From: an uncultured archaeon | GTDB lineage: Archaea; Asgardarchaeota; Lokiarchaeia; Sigyniarchaeales; SOKP01 | Assembly: GCA_964525635.1 (NCBI GenBank) | Contig: CAZGJX010000016.1 | Span: forward strand, 1 to 50,294 | Length of the DNA stretch: 50,294 nucleotides | Direction: 5' to 3' | Shown here: piece by piece, positions 30,609-38,313 of the stretch | Layout of the letters: each line of letters starts with the position of its first letter | Position numbering within the stretch: position 1 is the stretch's first letter | Position numbers and translations under genes: made by a program | Notes under the pieces: model-generated | What the model saw: only the letters and a program-made list of their open reading frames with translations | Database searches by the model: none | What the model was told of the DNA's origin: nothing

Positions 30609-31646
30609 TTAAAGTAATAACATTTTATCGGTCTTTGTGTTTCCTATTATAACTCTGTAGTAAATTTGTTTATTTTTAATTAAGACTTTTTCAATTTTAC
30701 CTTCAGCGTAAATTAATTCTCCTTCTTTGGCTTGTTCACAAAATCTTCCCCTAAAGGACTTAATTTCTTTTATATCTATAGTATTTATTTTTTTCAGCCA
30801 TTTATTTTTTTCTTGAATATCAATAACTTCAATTTTATAATTACAGGGAGTAAAAATCGAGTCTTTAGCATCAATAATTCTTGCTTTTAATTTAATTCTA
30901 CCATAATTCTTATATTGGCATTCATAATAACTCTCTTCCCAATCTTCAGGATTTTTGATATATCTTATAAAAAAATCTATACCATGAAATTTTCCCTGAT
31001 GGAGTTTTCTTTTTTCATATTTTAAAAAATCATCAAAAGCAATCTTAGATCCCTTTGCTCTCAATTTATAATGCAATTTAAACTCATCAAATGTATATTC
31101 CCTACAGAATTTTGAAGTTAAAAATAGTTCTTCGATTTTTTCTTGAAAGTTAATTCCAACTTGTGTACCATATATTACTAAATCTATATCAGAATCTTCT
31201 TTATTTAATCCTACCATTTGAGATCCTGTTATTCCAATTGAGTCTTTAGGAATCTCTCCCTTTTCAATAAATAGTTCACAGAGATTTAATGCTCTTAATT
31301 CATTAGAAGTTGTCAATTTTTCACTCTGTAATTTTCTATAATAACTTCTTGGGGAAAAGATTTCTTCAATTTCTTCATTTTTAATTCCCTGCAATTCCAT
31401 ATCAAACTGTTTAGAATAAAAAAGATATTCTGGATATTTATTTTTAAGAAAAGTATACCGTTCTTGAAGATCGTATATTTTTTTGTAATTTACACCATTA
31501 ATTATCCTATCTCCATCAAGAGAAGGTACAAATCGTACAAAACAAATTGTCCTGTCTTTTGGGTGTTGAACCCCTTTAACATCAAAAAATAAAGAACTTT
31601 TTTTAGATTTTACATAATCTCCTTCTATAGCTATAATTTCGTTCAT
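30609..31646 (-). CDS. predicted archaeal nucleotidyltransferase (pol-beta fold, COG1665-like)
   Basis: VKG..HP.DR, GITGSQMVGL...SDIDLVIYG, C-terminal SFRGRFCEQA..GE...EG OB-like region. Confidence 0.78.
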   Translation of the reverse strand: MNEIIAIEGDYVKSKKSSLFFDVKGVQHPKDRTICFVRFVPSLDGDRIINGVNYKKIYDLQERYTFLKNKYPEYLFYSKQFDMELQGIKNEEIEEIFSPRSYYRKLQSEKLTTSNELRALNLCELFIEKGEIPKDSIGITGSQMVGLNKEDSDIDLVIYGTQVGINFQEKIEELFLTSKFCREYTFDEFKLHYKLRAKGSKIAFDDFLKYEKRKLHQGKFHGIDFFIRYIKNPEDWEESYYECQYKNYGRIKLKARIIDAKDSIFTPCNYKIEVIDIQEKNKWLKKINTIDIKEIKSFRGRFCEQAKEGELIYAEGKIEKVLIKNKQIYYRVIIGNTKTDKMLLL

Positions 31647-31689
31647 TAAAAGTGCTTATTATATTTTCTTGGAATTTATCTCTCAAAAA

Positions 31690-32646
31690 TTATTCATTTT
31701 TTAAATTTTTTCTTAATTCTCCTATAGTCGTTTTCATTTCAGCATATACATTATGAGGATGAATAGACTCATAACTTTCTATTTTAAATTTAACTTTAAA
31801 ATTATTTTCTAAATGAGGGAAATCCTTTTTAATGAAATTTTTAGCCATTCCTCTAATAACATCCTCAGAAAAAAGAGGTTTTAAATGTGCTCCTCTAACT
31901 AATTCTGCTTCCTCAGGCCTTTTTAAAACAGATTGTATTCTACCGGACATACTTTCTTCTATAACATCAATTAATTCAAGAATATCCACTTCATGATTTT
32001 CCAAATCCTTTATCTGTAAAATAATGGTACCTTTTGATCTTTGATTATGAGATGAAAAGGGTAATATATTAATTATTTTCTGGATATCATCCTCTGAAAT
32101 TTCAATATCTTTTCGATTTTTTATTACTTCTTCAGCATATTCCTGGCTCATCTCTTTTGCACAGGGACATACTGTCATACCTATAGCGCTTGTGCCAATA
32201 TAATAATTAAAATCAATCTCTCCCATATTTTTTTTCTTAGCAAATGTATATGAACTAACATCATAAGATTTTTGAATATTTCCGTAATTATTTTCTCTTA
32301 ATTGAACAATAATCTTTCCTTCTAACTTAACTTCCACTTTTGACGTGTAAGGGTGTCGTTGTAATAATTTTTTTGTAATTTGGTCTCCAACTCTTTCGAT
32401 AGTAGGTGTTGGTTTAAAGATAACTTCATTAATAACCTCTTCAATTGTTTCTGAGCTACGAGACATGTGGATTCCTCTTTGAGAACTTGGAAGTGAGATT
32501 AAAGCTGAGATTTTTGGATAAAAAGAGAATTTCTTATGTTCTTGAACAATTTCAACTTTTTTCTCAACATTTACAATACCAACTTTATCAATAGGCAATG
32601 TAAAATCAGAATCTGAATCTTGAAGATCTTTTTTAAATTGATGAAT
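31690..32646 (-). CDS. mptA: GTP cyclohydrolase IV (MptA/FolE2 family); probable ATT start at 32646
   Basis: QRGIHMSR, GMTVCPCA, SHNQRS, LKRPEE, F.EDVIR, ESIHPHN; frame stays open upstream of TTG 32598 through KDLQ to ATT. Confidence 0.9.
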   Translation of the reverse strand: MHQFKKDLQDSDSDFTLPIDKVGIVNVEKKVEIVQEHKKFSFYPKISALISLPSSQRGIHMSRSSETIEEVINEVIFKPTPTIERVGDQITKKLLQRHPYTSKVEVKLEGKIIVQLRENNYGNIQKSYDVSSYTFAKKKNMGEIDFNYYIGTSAIGMTVCPCAKEMSQEYAEEVIKNRKDIEISEDDIQKIINILPFSSHNQRSKGTIILQIKDLENHEVDILELIDVIEESMSGRIQSVLKRPEEAELVRGAHLKPLFSEDVIRGMAKNFIKKDFPHLENNFKVKFKIESYESIHPHNVYAEMKTTIGELRKNLKNE

Positions 32647-32927
32647 TTAAATCACTATGGAATAGTTCTATTTTTAATATTCTATGTTAAAAAAGGAAGA
32701 ATCCATTTTATTTTTTAATATTTCTCCATTAACCATTATCAAAATAATTTTTAGTACAAATCTAATTTTAATAGGTGAATTACTTTTTTATTTCCCTATC
32801 TCTATCCTAACAAAATAAAAAACAATCAATAAATAGTAAAGGTTTTACTAAATTTCATAATTTTAAATTTAAACCTATAATTATTAATCCATAATAAAAA
32901 AATATTTTTTAAAAGAAGTGAAAACCT

Positions 32928-34088
32928 ATTAAAAACATTTCTTGTCCTTATGGTTTAATTGGCGATGATTTAGAGTTTAAAGAGCGTATAAATTTAGAAA
33001 TTGACGATAATGGAATAATAACAAATATATCCTTTAAAGAACCAAAAAAAGAAATAGATATATCACAAAATAGATCTAATTTAACATTACTTCCAGGTTT
33101 TATTAATTCTCATACTCATATTGGTGATAATTTTGCCAAAGAAATGGGATATAATAAAGAGTTAGAACAAATAGTTTCAGCACCAATTGGTTTAAAACAT
33201 AGATTATTGGATAGAGTTTCAAAAGAAACCAAAATAATGGGAATTCAAAATGCAGTTAAAGAAATGTTGTCAAATGGAATTACTTGTTTTATGGATTTTA
33301 GAGAAAGAGGTATTGAGGGTATTAATTTATTAAAGGAAGCTTTGATAGATCTTCCTATTAATTATCAGATTTATGGACGATTTGAGGCAACTGAAGATAT
33401 AAGGGGTGTTTTTAATTTATCTGATGGTATAGGATTACCAAATTATAATAGAATTAATCAAGACAATCTAGAACGCTTAAGAAAACTTAAAGAGAAAAGT
33501 GATAAATTAATAGCCTGCCATTGTGCCGAAAAAAGGAGGGAAGAAAATTTAATTACGAATCTTATTTCAGATAAACTAGTTGATGTAATCATTCATGGGA
33601 CGCAATTGATCAAAGATGATTTACAACGGATTAAATCAAATGATTTATCATTAGTTTTTTGTCCAATCAATAATAGCTATTTTGGACTTGGATTTCCTCC
33701 AATCATTGAAACTCTGAAATTAGAATTACCAATTTCATTAGGAACTGATAATTTAATGACAAATTCACCAGATTTATTTGAAGAAATGAGATATTTATAC
33801 AATATCTTTAATATTCTAAATAAAAATAATAAAAATATCAAATTAACAGCAATAGATCTGTTGAAGATGGTAACTATTAATGCTGCAAGAAATTTCAAAC
33901 TTGATAAAACCATGGGTTCTATTGAAAAAGGTAAATCTGCAGAATTTTTCATAATTGATCTAAGTGATATTAATTTCTATTCCACTGAAATGGATTATAA
34001 CCTTATCTATCCTTTAATTGTTCAAAGATGTAAACCAGAAAATATAAAAAAAGTATATATAAAAGGAGAACAGGTTTTTAAAAGATAA
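32928..34088 (+). CDS. amidohydrolase, nucleoside deaminase (SsnA/MtaD-like) family; probable ATT start at 32928
   Basis: LLPGFINSHTHIGD lies in frame upstream of the ATG at 33144; HCAE, IHG, CP.NN, LGTDN, TINAAR, GSIEKGK.A. Confidence 0.85.
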   Translation: MKNISCPYGLIGDDLEFKERINLEIDDNGIITNISFKEPKKEIDISQNRSNLTLLPGFINSHTHIGDNFAKEMGYNKELEQIVSAPIGLKHRLLDRVSKETKIMGIQNAVKEMLSNGITCFMDFRERGIEGINLLKEALIDLPINYQIYGRFEATEDIRGVFNLSDGIGLPNYNRINQDNLERLRKLKEKSDKLIACHCAEKRREENLITNLISDKLVDVIIHGTQLIKDDLQRIKSNDLSLVFCPINNSYFGLGFPPIIETLKLELPISLGTDNLMTNSPDLFEEMRYLYNIFNILNKNNKNIKLTAIDLLKMVTINAARNFKLDKTMGSIEKGKSAEFFIIDLSDINFYSTEMDYNLIYPLIVQRCKPENIKKVYIKGEQVFKR

Positions 34089-34234
34089 TTAATAAAATTT
34101 AAACATTTTTTATCATATTAAAATTACTAAAAGATCAGCCAAATATTCTCTTTTAAAGAAAATTTATATTTTCATGTAATTTTTATAAAAATTGATTATT
34201 AAATTTCAAAATAGAAAAAATAGGAATATTAATT

Positions 34235-34906
34235 ATGGACGTTGAGACACCATATATAGTTCTTAGCGCTGCTATGACAATTGATGGTAAAATTGCTTCA
34301 AAATCAGGAGATCCAGAATTATCTGATGAAGATGATTGGAAAGAAGTCCATAAATTGAGGACAGAAGTTGATGCGATAATGGTAGGAAAGGGTACAATAA
34401 TAAAAGATAATCCCAAGTTACATATTAAATATTATAATCATAATGGTTATTATAGAATTATTTTAGACAGTAATTTGGCAATTTCAATAGATTCTGAGGT
34501 AATAAATTATATGCCTGAAATCTATCCTACGATCATTTGTACGACTGAAAACGTCCCAAATGAAAGAGTAAAAGAATTTAAAACAAAAAAGAACATAACA
34601 ATTATTAAATCTGGTCATGGTGAACGGGTTAATTTGTTAAAATTAATGCCTATTTTATGGGAAAATGGTATTAAGAAGATTTTATTGGAAGGCGGGGGAA
34701 TTTTAAATTGGAGTTTTATAGTAAATGATTTAATTGATGAGATACGATTAACTATTGCTCCATGGATTGTAGGTGGAGAAGATGCAAAAAGTTTGGTTGA
34801 GGGAGATGGATTTGAAAGGATGATTCAAGCTAAAAGATTCGAATTAATCGATATTAAAAACCGAAATGATTATGCTATTCTAAAATATATAAGGAAGAAC
34901 CTATGA
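34235..34906 (+). CDS. arfC: 2,5-diamino-6-ribosylamino-4(3H)-pyrimidinone 5'-phosphate reductase (archaeal RibD reductase)
   Basis: AAMTIDGKIA, VHKLR..VDAIMVG.GT...DNPKL, LLEGGG.LNWS, LIDEI. Confidence 0.88.
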   Translation: MDVETPYIVLSAAMTIDGKIASKSGDPELSDEDDWKEVHKLRTEVDAIMVGKGTIIKDNPKLHIKYYNHNGYYRIILDSNLAISIDSEVINYMPEIYPTIICTTENVPNERVKEFKTKKNITIIKSGHGERVNLLKLMPILWENGIKKILLEGGGILNWSFIVNDLIDEIRLTIAPWIVGGEDAKSLVEGDGFERMIQAKRFELIDIKNRNDYAILKYIRKNL

Positions 34907-36003
34907 TGGAATCATCGAAGATAGAATATTTAAGTAATTTATCCCTAAAAAAAATCAGAGAAAAAATAAAAGGAATAAGAGCAGAATTATCAGAAGAAAA
35001 AAGAAAAACAGTCACATATTCAAAAAATTTTACATTATCTTTATCAAATTATTGTATTAATAAATGTAAATATTGTTTTTATCATTATAAAATTCCAAAA
35101 GGGAATAATAGCAGGAATACGATTTTATTGGATATAAATCATATCAAAAACTTAACAGAAAATGCAATTGCTTACAATTGTAAAGAAGCTTTATTGATGT
35201 CGGGAGAAAGACCAGATTCTTATGATAGAGTTCAATCAGAATTAAATAAAATAGGAAAAATAAATTTTATAAATTATGTGAAAGATATCTGCAACATTTT
35301 ATTAAATCTAAAGATATTACCTCATATTAATATAGGTTTATTAGATTATAATGAATTACGGATGTTAAAAGATCATTCCGCAAGTATGGGCTTAATGTTA
35401 GAAAGTACTAGTACAAAACTTTTTAAAAAGGGAGGAGTTCATGAAAATTCCCCTGGAAAATTACCTGAAAAAAGAATTGAACATATTATTAATGCGGGAA
35501 GATTGAAGATACCCTTTACTACAGGATTACTGATTGGAATTGGAGAATCATTTAAGGATAGGATTAAGGACTTAATTTTAATAGAAAAAATTCACAGAAA
35601 CTATGGTCATATTCAAGAAGTTATAATCCAAAATTTTACTCCTAAACAAGGAATTGAATATCAACTTGAAAAAAAAATATCAATTAGAGAAATGTTAAAA
35701 ACAGTTGGAATTGCGAGAATCATATTCCAAAATGAAATTGCACTTCAAATGCCACCTAACCTTATAAGGGGATATGAACATCTTTTTATCGAAATAGGGA
35801 TAAATGATTTTGGGGGAATTTCACCAGTTACAATAGATTTTATCAATCCTGAATGTAAATGGTCAAATATAGAGAATTTAATAAAGATTTGTGAAGAAAT
35901 AAATTATATATTAGACGAGAGGCTCCCTATTTATCCTAAATATATTGAAAATCCGATATTTTTATCAAAAAGAATTAATAAAATAATTAGTAGCTTTTCA
36001 TAA
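34903..36003 (+). CDS. cofG: FO synthase subunit CofG (radical SAM)
   Basis: VTYSKN, C.NKCKYC, EAL..SGE.P, LPHIN.G, SMGLMLE, AGRLKIPFTTGLLIGIGE, HIQEVIIQNF, Q.PPNL, D.GGISPVT.DFINP. Confidence 0.93.
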   Translation: MMESSKIEYLSNLSLKKIREKIKGIRAELSEEKRKTVTYSKNFTLSLSNYCINKCKYCFYHYKIPKGNNSRNTILLDINHIKNLTENAIAYNCKEALLMSGERPDSYDRVQSELNKIGKINFINYVKDICNILLNLKILPHINIGLLDYNELRMLKDHSASMGLMLESTSTKLFKKGGVHENSPGKLPEKRIEHIINAGRLKIPFTTGLLIGIGESFKDRIKDLILIEKIHRNYGHIQEVIIQNFTPKQGIEYQLEKKISIREMLKTVGIARIIFQNEIALQMPPNLIRGYEHLFIEIGINDFGGISPVTIDFINPECKWSNIENLIKICEEINYILDERLPIYPKYIENPIFLSKRINKIISSFS

Positions 36004-36103
36004 ATAAAAATTAGAATATCTCTATTGAATTAATATTTCTGTAGGTTTTTTTTATTTATTAATAAAGTAAAAAGTATTAAGATTATCATGATTATTTATC
36101 TCA

Positions 36104-37234
36104 ATGGTTATGCAACAATATTTAAATGAAATTAAACCAGAAGTATATAGAATTTTAAAACGTGCTTTAAATTCAGAGGAATTAACTAAAGAAGAAGCAC
36201 TAATATTGTTAAAGGTTAAAGGAAAAGAATTTAACGCTCTACAGTATGTTGCAAACCAGATTTGTACTGAAAAAAGAAAAGATATTGTAACTTTTGTTAT
36301 AAACAGAAACATAAATTTCACTAATATCTGTTATAAGAAATGTAAATTTTGTTCTTTTAGTTCAGATAATTCAAATGAAGAGAGTTTTACTCTTTCTATA
36401 GATGTAATTAGAAAAAAAATTGTAGAACTTAATAATAATGATTGTACAGAGGTTTGTATTCAGGGAGGAATAAATCCTAAATTAGATTTTAATTATTATA
36501 TAGATATTCTTAAATCCATAAAGAAAATAAATCCTAAGTTGCATATACATGCATTTTCACCCCAAGAAATTCATCATTTATCAGAATTAAATAATGAGCC
36601 AATAGAAGACATATTAAAGAAATTGAAAATGGAAGGTTTAAATTCAATTCCGGGAACGGCAGCAGAGATTTTAAATGACAATATTAGAAAAATAATATGT
36701 CCTAATAAGATAAATACCTCTAGATGGACGGAAATAATTAAAGCGGCACATAAATTAGATATCCCAACTACATCTACAATGATGTATGGACATATAGAAA
36801 CATTAAGAGATAGAGTTGAACATTTAGATATTTTAAGAGATATCCAAAAAGAAACATATGGAATTACAGAATTTATCCCTTTAGCTTTTATTAAACAAAA
36901 ACCTCTCTTAGGAAAATTAGAAAATTATCCTTTAAATCCTACTTATGGAATGGATGATTTAAAATTATTAAGTGTAGCAAGACTTTTTTTAAATAATTAT
37001 ATTGATAATATACAATGTTCATGGGTTAAATTAGGACCAAAGTTTGCTCAAGTATCTTTAAACTATGGTGTAAACGATTTCTCTGGTACCTTAATGGAAG
37101 AAAATATATCAAAAAGTGCTGGTGCAATATATGGAGAGTATTTAGAGCCAGATGAGATAATAAATATAATAAAAGCTGCTGGTAAAAGACCTGCTCAAAG
37201 AGATACACTTTATAACATTATTAGATATTTTTAG
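36104..37234 (+). CDS. cofH: FO synthase subunit CofH (radical SAM)
   Basis: VTFVINRNINFTNIC...CKFC, EVCIQGG, HIHAFSP.E, PGTAAEIL, TMMYGH.E, NIQ.SWVKLG, GTLMEE.IS..AG. Confidence 0.93.
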   Translation: MVMQQYLNEIKPEVYRILKRALNSEELTKEEALILLKVKGKEFNALQYVANQICTEKRKDIVTFVINRNINFTNICYKKCKFCSFSSDNSNEESFTLSIDVIRKKIVELNNNDCTEVCIQGGINPKLDFNYYIDILKSIKKINPKLHIHAFSPQEIHHLSELNNEPIEDILKKLKMEGLNSIPGTAAEILNDNIRKIICPNKINTSRWTEIIKAAHKLDIPTTSTMMYGHIETLRDRVEHLDILRDIQKETYGITEFIPLAFIKQKPLLGKLENYPLNPTYGMDDLKLLSVARLFLNNYIDNIQCSWVKLGPKFAQVSLNYGVNDFSGTLMEENISKSAGAIYGEYLEPDEIINIIKAAGKRPAQRDTLYNIIRYF

Positions 37235-37297
37235 AATAGTTTCTGTGTATAAATTAAGGTTATTTCTCCATTTATTACTCTTTTTAATTGTAATTGG

Positions 37298-37319
37298 ATA
37301 TGAAAGATCTCCTTCATAT
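37298..37319. terminator. hairpin downstream of cofH
   Basis: ATATGAA...TTCATAT inverted repeat after T-rich sequence. Confidence 0.3.
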
Positions 37320-37368
37320 TTCCACATTCAATATTTTATTGATTAGATTATCATTTTATAGAAAATTA

Positions 37369-37435
37369 CCCATTTAATTCCCATAATTAGCTTTCTAGCC
37401 CATTTAATTCCCCAGAGAACACAAACCTTTAAATA
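37369..37435 (+). promoter_or_regulatory. promoter candidate: two 14-bp direct repeats followed by a TATA box
   Basis: CCCATTTAATTCCC at 37369-37382 and 37399-37412 (30-bp period); TTTAAATA at 37428-37435. Confidence 0.6.
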
Positions 37436-37480
37436 AGAGGCAATAATATATAATATCATACTTCAGAAAATGTCGATTGA

Positions 37481-37554
37481 TGATACGTATAGTCCAATAG
37501 CTATGGATGTCTTCACGTCATGAAGGAGACATAGGTTCAAATTCTATTGAGTCA
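37481..37554 (+). tRNA. tRNA-like element / pseudo-tRNA, GTC (Asp) anticodon
   Basis: D arm GTCC-AATAGCTAT-GGAT; stem TCTTC/GAAGG with loop AC-GTC-AT (no U33); T arm ATAGG-TTCAAAT-TCTAT; acceptor stem poorly paired. Confidence 0.6.
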
Positions 37555-37721
37555 CATATATCAAATCTTGTAAAGAATTGAGTGATTTAAAGGAGTTTTT
37601 AATAATTGCTATGGTTTATCTTTAGGCGCCTTTACATTCAGAATAATGTGATACACTATATGATTCTTAATATACTCCTCTAAGTTGGGAATTTAGAATC
37701 TTTCTAATATACATAGAAATA

Positions 37722-37790
37722 AGGTTTATAGTCTTCAATAGTACAGCTCTCATTCCAAGAAGAAGGTGCAGTTGAACTTACATCATGTAA
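37722..37790 (+). pseudogene. heavily eroded tRNA-like element (TCC, Gly-like loop)
   Basis: TAGTCT..AATAGTA D-like segment; CTCTCATTCCAAGAAGAAGGTG resembles TCCCTCCACCAAAGAGGAAGGTG in the element at 37961; weak T arm. Confidence 0.3.
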
Positions 37791-37840
37791 AAATTATCTC
37801 CAAAGTATAATTAGAATATTCGAGTATAACTTGAGATTTA

Positions 37841-37909
37841 GGGTTTCTGGTCCAATGGTAGGAGTTCCCTTGAAAGCGGAAAGTGAAGGTTCGATTCCTT
37901 CGAAACTAA
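37841..37909 (+). tRNA. tRNA-like element / pseudo-tRNA, apparent GAA (Phe) anticodon
   Basis: Acceptor GGTTTC/GAAACT; D arm TCC-AATGGTA-GGA; stem TTCC/GGAA with a C-C mismatch; perfect T arm GAAGG-TTCGATT-CCTTC; only 69 nt; 1-72 mismatch. Confidence 0.65.
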
Positions 37910-37960
37910 AATTAAATTAATGGTTGTACAAATTCCCTACCAATATTTCAATATTAGATT

Positions 37961-38033
37961 CTGCTTATGGTCTAAGATGGTAAGATATCCCTCCACCAAA
38001 GAGGAAGGTGTGGGTTCGAATCCCACTAAGCAA
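37961..38033 (+). tRNA. tRNA-like element / pseudo-tRNA, apparent CCA (Trp) anticodon
   Basis: Acceptor TGCTTA/TAAGCA; D arm GTCT-AAGATGGTA-AGAT; stem CCTC/GAGG with loop CA-CCA-AA (A33); perfect T arm GTGGG-TTCGAAT-CCCAC. Confidence 0.68.
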
Positions 38034-38313
38034 TAAAGAATTAATATTGGATATAAAAGTCCTTTCTTCAATTAAAACGATTTGAAATCATTCTTCATTT
38101 TGAAGTTGCCTCAAATAGGGAGGAATGAACTAGTACTCCTATGTAAGGAGGTTATTAGGCTTCTAGAAATGACTAAGCCGTTTCTAGTTGAAAAATAACA
38201 TTTCCCCAAACCAATTGAGGCATATCTTATATAATTTATTTTTTTTTTCCTATGCAACTTTTTAAAATAATCTACACTAAAAAGCTATAAAATAAAAATA
38301 AAAAGATAGTTTT

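Larger units (their letters stand above)
37460..38222 (+). ncRNA. candidate large structured RNA containing several tRNA-like modules
   Basis: ORF-free ~1.1-kb gap; 3-4 cloverleaf-like units; many hairpins; ACTTCAGAAAATG (37460-37472) complementary to CATTTTGAAGT (38096-38106); multibranch domain 38107-38222. Confidence 0.55.

Noticed and set aside
37369-37412. Direct repeat considered as a mini CRISPR array
   Set aside because: Only two 14-bp copies with a 16-bp spacer and no cas genes; fits a regulator binding site better.
37481-38033. Calling the three cloverleafs functional tRNA-Asp, tRNA-Phe and tRNA-Trp
   Set aside because: Missing U33 or mismatched anticodon stems, broken 1-72 pairs and low GC compared with the genuine tRNA-Cys; reported as tRNA-like only.
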